The translations under genes were made by a program, and so were the position numbers. Shown one piece after another: positions 36,128 through 45,561 of a stretch of 64,000 nt of DNA; within the stretch, counting starts at the first letter, position 1, and each line of letters starts with the position of its first letter. The notes below the pieces were generated by a model. The model was not told where the DNA came from, did no database searches, and saw nothing but the letters and a program-made list of their open reading frames with translations. This stretch comes from a virus (lineage: Duplodnaviria > Heunggongvirae > Uroviricota > Caudoviricetes), in the IMG/VR virus record IMGVR_UViG_3300027710_000009. One strand, 5' to 3'.

Positions 36128-39100
36128 TTGTTAAATGCCCTGCTACGCACACCGCCACGCTGACGAATTTTTTCTAGCTCTGCTTGTGCTTGTTCAATTT
36201 CTTGTGCAATAGGATCCATGTTCATGCTCTTGAGCTTTTTGTACACATGATCCCATATTGCGGCCTTGTCAATGTCTTGCCCAGCGTCTGACATTTGTTG
36301 TGCCAGCTCTGCTGTGCGTTTGATCATTTGTTGCTTCCACCCACGTAAGGTCATGCGGCCCATGCCTGCACGTGGTGCAAACTCGCTGTTGTATGGATCT
36401 TCTTTATTGTACTGATACATGTCTTCGTCAATTTCGTTTGGATCCACATATTCATTGGAGCTGACATCGCTGGAATGAAAACTGTGCCTACCATAGTTGT
36501 ACAAGTTAACGACAACAAAACGTTTCATGTCACCAAAGCTGTCAATGTCACCAGTTTTGCCTTTGAATTGCACATCCCCTGTGATAATGACAGGATCGCC
36601 TATGTTCAGCTCTTCTGTGTTTTCGCGCATGTTCAATGACTTGAAGCGATTGCGCTTGTAATCTAGTCCAAGACCACTTTCGTCTACATAATAATCATCT
36701 GATGTTAGACTAAGAGCATACTTTACATATTTTTTATTATTGCCTAGGGCCTTTTCCAACGCTTCAACACCGTACGGTGTAAATGTATCACGCTGATGAT
36801 CCCAGTAACCAGGAATGTCGCTGATCTCAGTAGTTATATTTTGAATCTGCCCTTTGATTTTATCATCAATATCAAACATGCTTTCCGCCACGCCTTGACT
36901 TCTGTGTTGTCTATATGGGTTAAGGAAATCTTCTTCCCAGTGTCCTTCTTTCACCGACCAAGCAAAATCAATAATGCGTCCCATGCCGCCGCCTATTTCG
37001 CCGAACAGGTCGCTGAGATGTGACACTTCTTCAAAAGTGGCACCAGTTCCGTCCATTATTAAACTGATGATCCAATCGGGATCGCCGCTGTCATTTTCTT
37101 CTTGGTATCTAGCCCAAAGTTTGGGATTTTGCACAATTCGTTGGCCTAGTTTGCCTAGCTCCGTAACTAGAGTAAATTCACGATCCATTGCACCAGTGGT
37201 CATTTTATTCATCATGGTGTCAAATTTCTGATCACCAGTTGCTTCCGCTACATCTTGCTTGTCATCTTTGGGCACAGGTTTGCCTGCCCACTTCTTCAGT
37301 GCTTGGTGGCCTGCCTTGGAGTCTTTGACTTTCTTGGCCAATGCTGGATCTTGTCTCAGCATCCAACCTGGCTTGGCACCTGTAGCACCTTCTTCAATTT
37401 CTTTTTTATTGTCTAGGTCCTTTTGACGCAGACTTTTCTTCATTGTATCAATCTTCTTGCCTGCGCCCACTTGGTCTAAGTTAGCATCCTTGGCCGCTTG
37501 GTTGTACTTGCGTTTGGCTTGCTTTAGTTCTGCACCTTCTGCTACTGTTGCATCAACTGTGCCCATGTAGTGGTGATCTAATACTTTGTAACCTTTGCGG
37601 CGATAGTGTGCAATAGCTTGGTTAATGGCTGCTTCTCTATCAATACGAGAAGTTTGCGTGATGCGAATTGATTTTTGAATAGCTTCTTTGCGCTTGCTGA
37701 CCATAGGGTGATTGGGATCAATCACAGTAACGCCAATACGATGTGTAACTGGCCCTGCGTCTTCTGCCACGGTCTGTTGTTTATTTTTTTCTAATTCTAA
37801 TTCTTTTTCTTTTCTTTTTTCTTCTTTGTCGGCTTTGATCTGATCTGGGTGTTTGTAGGTCTTTCCAGTTTTCTCATTTCGACCACCAGCCCACCCATAG
37901 GTAGTACGGAAATGTTTTGCTTCCGCTACACCTTGCTCATCTTCAGGTCGGGTAGTCAACACAAACTTCTTGCCAGCATTGAATGGCTTGGCCATCATGG
38001 TCATTGCAGACTTATGTGCGGCTTCCTTGTCGCGGAATTGAAATGGTGTGCCCATCTTGTCTTTGATGATCTTGCCATTGGCACGAATGTACCAAGTTGA
38101 CGGAGCAGGATCTGGCACATGGTATTCATCATCTTCTCTACCGCGGCGACCCAGGCTGGGCGCAGTTGGACTTGCAAAGCCATGGTTGTATCCACGGTTG
38201 CCTTCTAAATGTAATTTTTTCATGTTCCTTGCAACTTCTCCTGGACGTACATCCTTGGTCAAGCTCATGCTGTATCGAGGATCGTTCTTTTGTTTTTTAC
38301 TGGCAACTACGCCAACACCTGCGGCATCTTCATTGACACTGTCATTGCCTTCAGCATCAAAATCATATTTGTCGTATTGAATATGGCCATCGTGCCCAAT
38401 GCCATACAGCACTACCATAACATAGTCATCGCCGTATTCAGGCTCCCATCCTAATTTTCTTAATTCATCTGCATTGTCACCGTCAGTCCAGTACTGGTAA
38501 GCCAATGGAAATAACTTTGCCTTGTATTTTTCCTCGTTTGGCACACGCGATGGATCAAGATCATAGGGCTCAAATTCTTGTGTTGGAAACATCTCGTCAG
38601 CATCAGCTGGAGTAATTTTTCCAGTCATTTGTCTCATCGACTTGTCAAATTTCTCGTCGCCTGTGGCCTCAGACATGCCATTGGAAGGACCGTATACAAA
38701 TGCTTTTGGATTGAGTCCGTACTTGTCTGCAACAGCGGCAATGAAAGCATTTACTTTGCTGTTTGGAATCTGTGCGCCAACTTTCTTTTGAATTGGCATG
38801 TTGTTTTTACCTTTACCTTTGATATAGATATCAACTAACTGGTCTTTGGTAATGATAGCACCTTCGCCCAGGCCTTCTAGTTCTTCTGCTGGCCAGCTGA
38901 TGTAGCTGTTGCCATTGATGTCGCCTGCTTGCACAACAAACACACCACCGTTGTCGTAGCCTTCGTCTTGGCCAATTTCCCAACCTGCGGCTGCAAGTGT
39001 TTTTTCTACGCGAGGATCCTCGTCACCTTGCCACCACTGTGCGGCTAGACGTTTTAATGTTTCGTCGCTGAATCCATCGTTGCCGTCATCTCCGCCGGGT

Positions 39101-39876
39101 GGTGCAAATTCATTTAAGTCAGCGGCTGGTTGGGGTTGTTTAACTGCTTTGAGCTTGGGTGCGGCAGCTGGTGCTGGTGCAGGTGCGGCATTGGAATCTG
39201 GTATTTTGTTAAAAAGATGTGCTAGTTCTGGAGTGGCACGGCCATACAGTTGTTGCAGTACTTGAGCACTGGCTTTGGGGTCATTGCGTACTTGGTTCCA
39301 CAACTCACGTACTTGTGTTCCGTGACTGGCATTAATTTTCTTGCCGTTTACTTCAACTGCTTTTTCACGTTCGTTGACAATGAGCACATACTGATGTTGA
39401 TCAGCAGTTGTACTGTCTTGTAGGCTTCGGAATGTTTTGAATGGTTTTGGATCGCCTACTGATTTACCGTCGGGTATCTTGCTGGGTCTTCCTGTTGGGG
39501 TGAGTGCAGTATAATTGGCATCAACTTCTAGTCTCTTGAGGTCCGGCTCACCCACTGCAAATATCATCACAGTTTGTTTTGGGTCAAAACCAATTGTACG
39601 AATATAGTCATCGGGCATGTAAGGACTAGTTACTTCGATCACATGATGATTGTTCACACCTGCGGCGGTCATCAACTGTAACTTGTCGCTGAAATTAAAA
39701 GGACTTTTAACAGCATCAGTTTTGTTTGACGTGCCTATGTAAACATTGTCCATGCCAAATTTGGCCTGCAATGTCTCAAATACCTCTTTGTGCCCAAGAT
39801 GGAAAGGCTGAAAACGTCCTGGATAAATTACTATTACCCGTTTGATTTCACCTTCAAATAATTGCTGTATAAACAT
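36124..39876 (-). CDS. 1250-aa modular protein: N-terminal HxGH nucleotidyltransferase plus about 14 short modules separated by [VLIM]-x-E motifs (putative polyprotein)
   Basis: YPGRFQPFHLGH and KSPFNFSDK; repeated VAE, LNE, LGE, MSE, VNE, IEE, VDE, IDE; TAAATA at 39905-39900. Confidence 0.75.
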   Translation of the reverse strand: MFIQQLFEGEIKRVIVIYPGRFQPFHLGHKEVFETLQAKFGMDNVYIGTSNKTDAVKSPFNFSDKLQLMTAAGVNNHHVIEVTSPYMPDDYIRTIGFDPKQTVMIFAVGEPDLKRLEVDANYTALTPTGRPSKIPDGKSVGDPKPFKTFRSLQDSTTADQHQYVLIVNEREKAVEVNGKKINASHGTQVRELWNQVRNDPKASAQVLQQLYGRATPELAHLFNKIPDSNAAPAPAPAAAPKLKAVKQPQPAADLNEFAPPGGDDGNDGFSDETLKRLAAQWWQGDEDPRVEKTLAAAGWEIGQDEGYDNGGVFVVQAGDINGNSYISWPAEELEGLGEGAIITKDQLVDIYIKGKGKNNMPIQKKVGAQIPNSKVNAFIAAVADKYGLNPKAFVYGPSNGMSEATGDEKFDKSMRQMTGKITPADADEMFPTQEFEPYDLDPSRVPNEEKYKAKLFPLAYQYWTDGDNADELRKLGWEPEYGDDYVMVVLYGIGHDGHIQYDKYDFDAEGNDSVNEDAAGVGVVASKKQKNDPRYSMSLTKDVRPGEVARNMKKLHLEGNRGYNHGFASPTAPSLGRRGREDDEYHVPDPAPSTWYIRANGKIIKDKMGTPFQFRDKEAAHKSAMTMMAKPFNAGKKFVLTTRPEDEQGVAEAKHFRTTYGWAGGRNEKTGKTYKHPDQIKADKEEKRKEKELELEKNKQQTVAEDAGPVTHRIGVTVIDPNHPMVSKRKEAIQKSIRITQTSRIDREAAINQAIAHYRRKGYKVLDHHYMGTVDATVAEGAELKQAKRKYNQAAKDANLDQVGAGKKIDTMKKSLRQKDLDNKKEIEEGATGAKPGWMLRQDPALAKKVKDSKAGHQALKKWAGKPVPKDDKQDVAEATGDQKFDTMMNKMTTGAMDREFTLVTELGKLGQRIVQNPKLWARYQEENDSGDPDWIISLIMDGTGATFEEVSHLSDLFGEIGGGMGRIIDFAWSVKEGHWEEDFLNPYRQHRSQGVAESMFDIDDKIKGQIQNITTEISDIPGYWDHQRDTFTPYGVEALEKALGNNKKYVKYALSLTSDDYYVDESGLGLDYKRNRFKSLNMRENTEELNIGDPVIITGDVQFKGKTGDIDSFGDMKRFVVVNLYNYGRHSFHSSDVSSNEYVDPNEIDEDMYQYNKEDPYNSEFAPRAGMGRMTLRGWKQQMIKRTAELAQQMSDAGQDIDKAAIWDHVYKKLKSMNMDPIAQEIEQAQAELEKIRQRGGVRSRAFNK
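36883..37935 (-). repeat. Dispersed 15-bp junction repeat encoding x-x-V-A-E (consensus CAAGGTGTAGCGGAA)
   Basis: Copies at 36883-36897, 37243-37257, 37537-37551, 37762-37776, 37921-37935; another copy at 35595-35609 in a different gene. Confidence 0.6.
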
Positions 39877-39924
39877 GTGTGATCTTACCCTAGATCACTT
39901 ATTTATGCTGTTTTATAGTTTGGC

Positions 39925-40452
39925 TTACAGACGTTCAAGCAGCCAAATATAGAATGGACTAGCAATAGGCAGCTGATAGGTACCATTAAATCCTAAACTT
40001 GTGCAGTTTGTTAGTCTATCCGTAGTTGTACCATTTAGCTGTTGTGGCACATCAAACTGGTACATGCTTTCGCTGTAAATAAGTTGGTGTAAATCAACAT
40101 CGTTTATAGTAATTTTTTCCACATGCAATAATAAATCTCGAGTCCATCCACCGGGTACAAATCCACGTGTGTCACCAAGTGCTTTGTTTTTAAGTCGTAT
40201 AGCCAGCATATGTTCGCCAGGCGTTACACTGCGAGAAAATTCAAATGTCTCTAGTGTGGTTTGTTGGTACTCTGGGGTATTCTGAATAGAATTGCCGTCT
40301 AGTAGCACAATTCCTCGGCTGCTAGACGGCGCATTAATTGTTCCACCTAACACCAACTGATTATCAAATACAATTTCAAACTCTGGTTTTTTAGTCCAGT
40401 AAGTACCGCTGAGTACTATCTTGAAATGCAATTCCTCAGTTGAGGTTAGCAT
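39925..40452 (-). CDS. Hypothetical protein
   Basis: 175-aa co-oriented ORF. Confidence 0.6.
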   Translation of the reverse strand: MLTSTEELHFKIVLSGTYWTKKPEFEIVFDNQLVLGGTINAPSSSRGIVLLDGNSIQNTPEYQQTTLETFEFSRSVTPGEHMLAIRLKNKALGDTRGFVPGGWTRDLLLHVEKITINDVDLHQLIYSESMYQFDVPQQLNGTTTDRLTNCTSLGFNGTYQLPIASPFYIWLLERL

Positions 40453-40455
40453 GTG

Positions 40456-41400
40456 TTAGCCCTTGCGTTCTGTTGGTGTTGGGTTAGCAGAAGCATGAGC
40501 TTGCTGAGCCATTGTGGTAATGTCTAGCTTGCTGATATCACCTTGGAATTCATAGTGACCAATGTGGTTCAACAATGTTTTGCTATGTGCCCAAATTTCG
40601 CCACCAATTGCTTGCCAGCGACGGCAGAATGTCCAGTCTTCACTTAGGTAGTGTCCGCGATGATCAATTTCTGTATCAAAAATAGCATACATCATTGGTT
40701 CATATTGTTTGCCAAGACCAATATCATCAACGTATTTTGTTTCTGGATGTGAAGCAATTAGTTTTTCGTACACACTACGCTTGAACAACAGGAAGCCTGT
40801 GCCCATGGTGTCTACAGTGTAGATATCGCCTTGCACAGTAACCTGTGGCTTCAAGTTAATAACGTAGTTGATTGGCAGGGCTTTTTTGGGATACAAGCCA
40901 CCAATGACTTCTTTGTCATAAGCTATCATTTGCAAAATGCTTTCAGGCTGGAAACGAATATCAGCATCAATAAACATAAAGTGTGTTGATGCAGTATTGG
41001 TCATCATCTTGGCCATCAAGTTGTTACGACCACGTGGAATCAATGATTCATTGACCATTGTGTCCAGACTCCAGTTCAAGCCCACTTGCTGTGCCAGCAA
41101 TGTGAAACGCAAGAATGAAGTCATTGTTGGCTCACTTACCATGCCACCGTAGCATGGGATACCAATGTGCAAATGACATTTGGTGAAGTCGAATGGTACG
41201 CCAGTTTGACCTGGTGCAGTACCAACGGCACCTTGAGTTTGCGCTACTTTGGCAATTTCATCCAGCACACGTCTTTGTTCGGCAGCACCAACTGGCGCCT
41301 GATTTGGGCCGCTTGTACCTGGCGTGAACGTTGGTTGACTGGCTGTTGGGCCAGGAATAACAATTTTTTTGCCCTTGCGGGGTTGGTTTTGATCTGACAT
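40456..41400 (-). CDS. GT-A fold glycosyltransferase-like protein
   Basis: HIGIPCYGG, ESLIPRGRN, FMFIDADI (DxD), GTGFLL, LSEDWTFC, HIGH. Confidence 0.7.
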   Translation of the reverse strand: MSDQNQPRKGKKIVIPGPTASQPTFTPGTSGPNQAPVGAAEQRRVLDEIAKVAQTQGAVGTAPGQTGVPFDFTKCHLHIGIPCYGGMVSEPTMTSFLRFTLLAQQVGLNWSLDTMVNESLIPRGRNNLMAKMMTNTASTHFMFIDADIRFQPESILQMIAYDKEVIGGLYPKKALPINYVINLKPQVTVQGDIYTVDTMGTGFLLFKRSVYEKLIASHPETKYVDDIGLGKQYEPMMYAIFDTEIDHRGHYLSEDWTFCRRWQAIGGEIWAHSKTLLNHIGHYEFQGDISKLDITTMAQQAHASANPTPTERKG

Positions 41401-41459
41401 GTGTATCCTCTTTGAAAATCAGTTTAAGTATTTAATGTTAACAGGCCTGGGGCAGTAAA

Positions 41460-41624
41460 TTAAGCCAGTTGAGCTTCAACCACTGCACCAGTACCAACGA
41501 GTTCTTGTGCCACTTGTTCAAGTGCGGCAACAATATCTGAGGTAGCAATATTATCTACAGTTTCATCGTCTTTGACAAGTTTGCTGAGTTTAATAACTAC
41601 AACTTCTTCATGTATTTTGGCCAT
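41460..41624 (-). CDS. Small hypothetical protein, 54 aa (absent from ORF track)
   Basis: Manual translation MAKIHEEVVVIKLSKLVKDDETVDNIATSDIVAALEQVAQELVGTGAVVEAQLA; GGAGG RBS and TAAATA upstream. Confidence 0.7.
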   Translation of the reverse strand: MAKIHEEVVVIKLSKLVKDDETVDNIATSDIVAALEQVAQELVGTGAVVEAQLA

Positions 41625-41650
41625 AATTGCCTCCGGAATAATAGTAGTAT

Positions 41651-42391
41651 TTATTCTTCATCAATCAGGCTTTTGAATTCTTCTATCTTTGCAATCAGTC
41701 TTGGGTCCATCATGCCCAAAACAGTAGCAATATTTTTATCGTGTACGTAAATATAACCTCCCCAGATCCAGCTGCCTTTTTCCAATTGGTCCCAAAGGCC
41801 ATTGGGCACTTTGATATCATCGCCAAGATTTTTCAAATAGGCCGCAATTTGTCCTTTGTTTTCCAAACTGTACTTTCCATCTCGCATGAGAATTCGATAG
41901 GCCCATTTTACTTTGTTCTTACGCAATGTAAACCCATCTAGAATAAGTTTTTCTTTTTCAGCAGAATCAGGAGACATGATACTGTAAAAATGAAAATTGT
42001 TTCCATACAACAGTCGACTGGCCAGATCTTTTAGCACCTGTTCTTGTGAACTGTAGAATTGAATATATGGTTCTTCGATGCGTATTTTCAACAGTTCATG
42101 TCCGTTGACCTTTGGGCTGGATTCATGATAGATCAACTGTTCTTTAATAATTCTCAATAGATTTGAATCATCATTGCCAATTGGTTTTTTACGCCAACTG
42201 CCAGCCCAGTTGTAATCTCGTTGTTTGTTGTTTCGCCACGTGATTGCATCTTCAATGTCTTGATTGTTTCGAAGTATACTGCATCCGACCACTTGGATCG
42301 CAAGTCTGTAGAGATAATGCCCGTGCATTAACTTTACAGTTTCTTGTTGCAGAATATTAGGATTTAATCCCGTCCAGTACGATATATCCAT
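41651..42391 (-). CDS. Hypothetical protein
   Basis: 246-aa co-oriented ORF. Confidence 0.6.
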   Translation of the reverse strand: MDISYWTGLNPNILQQETVKLMHGHYLYRLAIQVVGCSILRNNQDIEDAITWRNNKQRDYNWAGSWRKKPIGNDDSNLLRIIKEQLIYHESSPKVNGHELLKIRIEEPYIQFYSSQEQVLKDLASRLLYGNNFHFYSIMSPDSAEKEKLILDGFTLRKNKVKWAYRILMRDGKYSLENKGQIAAYLKNLGDDIKVPNGLWDQLEKGSWIWGGYIYVHDKNIATVLGMMDPRLIAKIEEFKSLIDEE

Positions 42392-44657
42392 TGCTGTCTA
42401 TGCTTGGGGTTAGTGCCAATTGCGTGGCAGTGGTGTCAAAAGTAATTTTGTCGTCTTGATAATCAACCAGTACAGTGGTGTTGCTACCCATACGGTCGAA
42501 TAAAATTTTGCGACTCAACGGAACTTTGATCAAATCATTGATTTTTCTTTGCAAAGGCCTTGCACCCATTTTAGGATCAAACCCTTGTTCAATCACATGA
42601 TCAATTGCAGTGTCGGTGAGTTTAACTCGTATGCCTTTTTCCAACAACAGTTCGTTCATGTCGTTGATAAACTTGGAAACAATCATTTTCATATTGCTTT
42701 TTTCTAGTTTATCAAATTTACAAATAGCATCTAGTCTGTTGCGAAACTCTGGTTTGAAAAAGTTCTTTACAGCTTTGTCGTCTTCGCCGGCTTTTTGTAA
42801 ATCTCTACCAAAACCAATGTTGTTGCGTTCGTTATCTGCGGCACCTAGATTAGAAGTCATGATCAAGATAGCGTTGCGACAGTCTGCTTTTTTGCCATTG
42901 CTACTTGTGATAATACCTTCGTCCATCACAGTCAACAAGATGTTGCTAACGTCTGGGTGTGCTTTTTCAATTTCATCAAACAAGATAACACAGTTAGGAT
43001 TCTTTTCTACTTCGCTGATCAACATGCCACCGCCAAGGTTGCTGTCGTCGTAGCCTACATATCCGGGTGGAGCACCAATAAGTTTAGCCACACTGTGCTT
43101 CTCTTGGTATTCACTCATATCATATCTTAGTAGTTTCATCCCAAGATTTTCGGCCAACAACTTAGCAAGCTCAGTTTTACCAACACCAGTTGGTCCAGTA
43201 AACAAAAAGCTACCAATGGGTTTGTTCAATGCTTTGAGTCCAGCACGGCTGACATAGATACGTTCTAGCACTTGTTCAATTGCAGAGTCTTGACCGTAAA
43301 GTTTAACTTTAATTTTAGCTTCAAGTCCTTGCACAGCAGAATGATCACCTTCGGTTTCGCTAGCCAATTGCTCAACCGGAATTTTGGTAAACTTACTCAA
43401 GCAATCAATAATGTTTCTTTTGCTCACAGTCCAGTTTGTTTGATAGATTTTGGCCTTGGCACAAGCAGTGTCAATCAGATCAATTGCCTTGTCCGGTAAT
43501 TTCTTGTCAGTTTGATAACGAACACTTAGTTCAACTGCGGCATCAATTGCAAAGTCATCAATTACTCCGCCATGGAATTCTTCAAAGTGTGAACGCAGAC
43601 CGCGCAGGATATCTTTGGCCACAGCAGGAGTTGGTTCATCCACTGTGAGTCTATAGAAGCGGCGCATGAGCGCACGATCCTTTTCAAAACTCTGTGTATA
43701 TTCTTCCCATGTGGTTGATGCAATAACCTTAATGCGACCTTTGGTCAATGCTGGCTTGATCATGTTAGCAAAGTCTACATTGCTACCAGATCCAGATCCT
43801 GCACCACGCATTTGATGCGCTTCATCAATAAACAAAATACTTTTGCCACGAGTGTTCAATGCTTTGATAACATCACGTAGTTTTTCTTCAAACTCTCCGC
43901 GATACTTTGAGCCTGCCAGTAGATTGCCAATGTCTAGATTAAACACTGTGTAGTCACGCAGATAGTCAGGAACTTCGCCTTTGATAATTTTACGTGCAAG
44001 TCCTTCTGCAATCGCAGTCTTGCCAACACCAGCATCACCAACCATGAGCACGTTTGATTTGTTTCGCTTGGCCAACACATGAGCAATCTCTTCTAGCTCG
44101 TGTTCACGCCCAATCACTGGATCAATTTTTCCTTGTTTAGCAAGTTCATTCAAGTCATCGCAGTATTCTTTTAAGATTTCCAATGCTCTTTGCTTTCCCG
44201 CATTCTTGCGACTACTGCCTTCTTTGTAGTGATCATTATAGTACTCAATAAACTTGGCACGATCAATTCCGTACTTGATAATAAAGTATGCGGCATGGCT
44301 GTTTTGTTCACCAGTTAGACTCAAAAACAAATCCATGACCTGCATGTGATTACGACCGCTAAACAATACCTGTGTCAGGCTACGGTTAAACACACGTTCA
44401 AGTGCATGGGTTTTCTTAGGCTGATAGTCTTCTTCGTAATACAGGTTACCTGTGTCAAGACGATTGTTATAGATTTCCAACTCATCAAGCATGACGTCTA
44501 TTTCAGTGCCATAGCTTCGTAGCAGATCACCAAAGGGTTTATAATTGATGATTGCAAATAAAAGGTGCTCTAGCGTCACATACTCGTGTTTGTGTCGTTT
44601 GGCGTTTTCGCCGGCAGCATTAATGATTAACTCAATCTCTGGATTTGCTTGTATCAT
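42357..44657 (-). CDS. clpA: ATP-dependent Clp protease ATP-binding subunit (ClpA-type)
   Basis: Clp-N HEYVTLEHLL; GDAGVGKT/FIDE; GPTGVGKT/LFDE; no M-domain; IGF ClpP-docking loop (NNIGFGRD). Confidence 0.92.
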   Translation of the reverse strand: MIQANPEIELIINAAGENAKRHKHEYVTLEHLLFAIINYKPFGDLLRSYGTEIDVMLDELEIYNNRLDTGNLYYEEDYQPKKTHALERVFNRSLTQVLFSGRNHMQVMDLFLSLTGEQNSHAAYFIIKYGIDRAKFIEYYNDHYKEGSSRKNAGKQRALEILKEYCDDLNELAKQGKIDPVIGREHELEEIAHVLAKRNKSNVLMVGDAGVGKTAIAEGLARKIIKGEVPDYLRDYTVFNLDIGNLLAGSKYRGEFEEKLRDVIKALNTRGKSILFIDEAHQMRGAGSGSGSNVDFANMIKPALTKGRIKVIASTTWEEYTQSFEKDRALMRRFYRLTVDEPTPAVAKDILRGLRSHFEEFHGGVIDDFAIDAAVELSVRYQTDKKLPDKAIDLIDTACAKAKIYQTNWTVSKRNIIDCLSKFTKIPVEQLASETEGDHSAVQGLEAKIKVKLYGQDSAIEQVLERIYVSRAGLKALNKPIGSFLFTGPTGVGKTELAKLLAENLGMKLLRYDMSEYQEKHSVAKLIGAPPGYVGYDDSNLGGGMLISEVEKNPNCVILFDEIEKAHPDVSNILLTVMDEGIITSSNGKKADCRNAILIMTSNLGAADNERNNIGFGRDLQKAGEDDKAVKNFFKPEFRNRLDAICKFDKLEKSNMKMIVSKFINDMNELLLEKGIRVKLTDTAIDHVIEQGFDPKMGARPLQRKINDLIKVPLSRKILFDRMGSNTTVLVDYQDDKITFDTTATQLALTPSIDSNGYIVLDGIKS

Positions 44658-44678
44658 TTGGTTCCTTTACCAAAATAT

Positions 44679-45497
44679 TTAGTTTAATGATTTAAGTTGC
44701 TGAGCTAATCTAACAGCTTCATCACTGGTTCTGGCAGTGACACTCAACTGTATTTCTACAATCAAGTGCCCGCGAGTAGGTTGGTTAAGGTTATACAATC
44801 CTTGGTTGGGCAAACGCATTCTAGTGCCATGTGTTGTTCCTGCAGGCACTGTCATGCGATATACTTTACTTTCAAGATTTGGAACATCAATTGTTGTGCC
44901 AGTGATTGCATCTAATGCATCAATCACTGAATGATACACAACATCGTCTCCTTCAACATCAAATTGTGGATCTGGCCTTACTGCAAAATGTACAAAAAGA
45001 TCACCACGTGGAATGGTATTGAACATGTTGTCACCCAGTCCTGGGAAACGCATTTGTTGTCCAGATCTAATTCCACGTGGAATGTTTACTTGTACAGTTT
45101 CTCTAGTGCCAGTAGTGGTTTGTACACTGACCGTTTTGTTTTGATCATGCAAAGTGCTAACCAGGTCCAATTCAATCTGTATTCGTAAATCTTTATTCTT
45201 GCGTTGCTGTTGGAATGGCCCACCAAATCCAAATTGGGCAAAAATATCCTCAAACCCACTTCCACCATTGAATTGAAAGTGAAAGCCATCACCACCAAAG
45301 CCTTGCGGCTGTGGGTTGTCATACTGTTGCCGTTTGTGTGCATTGCCCAGTGTGTCGTAGGCTTCTTGAATCTTTTGGAATTTGTTTTGATCACCACCGC
45401 GATCAGGGTGATGTTGCATAGCCAGTTTTCGGTATGCTTTTTTAATTTCGTCTTCAGATGCTCCTTTGGGAACACCTAGTGTTGAATAGTAGTCCAT
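44679..45497 (-). CDS. Class B J-domain co-chaperone (CbpA/DnaJ-like, no Zn finger)
   Basis: DYYSTLGV, HHPDRGG, G/F-rich linker, DnaJ C-terminal domain; start MDYY at 45497 predicted from promoter position. Confidence 0.88.
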   Translation of the reverse strand: MDYYSTLGVPKGASEDEIKKAYRKLAMQHHPDRGGDQNKFQKIQEAYDTLGNAHKRQQYDNPQPQGFGGDGFHFQFNGGSGFEDIFAQFGFGGPFQQQRKNKDLRIQIELDLVSTLHDQNKTVSVQTTTGTRETVQVNIPRGIRSGQQMRFPGLGDNMFNTIPRGDLFVHFAVRPDPQFDVEGDDVVYHSVIDALDAITGTTIDVPNLESKVYRMTVPAGTTHGTRMRLPNQGLYNLNQPTRGHLIVEIQLSVTARTSDEAVRLAQQLKSLN

Positions 45498-45503
45498 GCG
45501 CAT

Positions 45504-45532
45504 AGTTTACACGTTAATTAACCATGTGTCAA
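45504..45532 (-). promoter_or_regulatory. Sigma70 promoter giving a leaderless J-protein mRNA
   Basis: TTGACA (45532-45527), 17 nt, TAAACT (45509-45504); +1 = 45497 = A of ATG; no SD. Confidence 0.7.
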
Positions 45533-45561
45533 GCGGAAATCCCTTGTTAGGCAATTTCCGC
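45533..45561 (-). terminator. Hairpin between the holin-like gene and the J-protein promoter (terminator or operator)
   Basis: GCGGAAAT-N13-ATTTCCGC; weak U tract. Confidence 0.45.

Noticed and set aside
36883-37935. Diversity-generating retroelement or invertase shufflon explanation for the junction repeats
   Set aside because: No reverse transcriptase or recombinase in the window; repeats are short, direct and in frame, with no adenine-specific TR/VR pair.
42357-44657. ClpB disaggregase partnering the phage DnaK
   Set aside because: No coiled-coil M-domain between the AAA+ modules, and an IGF loop is present, so ClpA-type.
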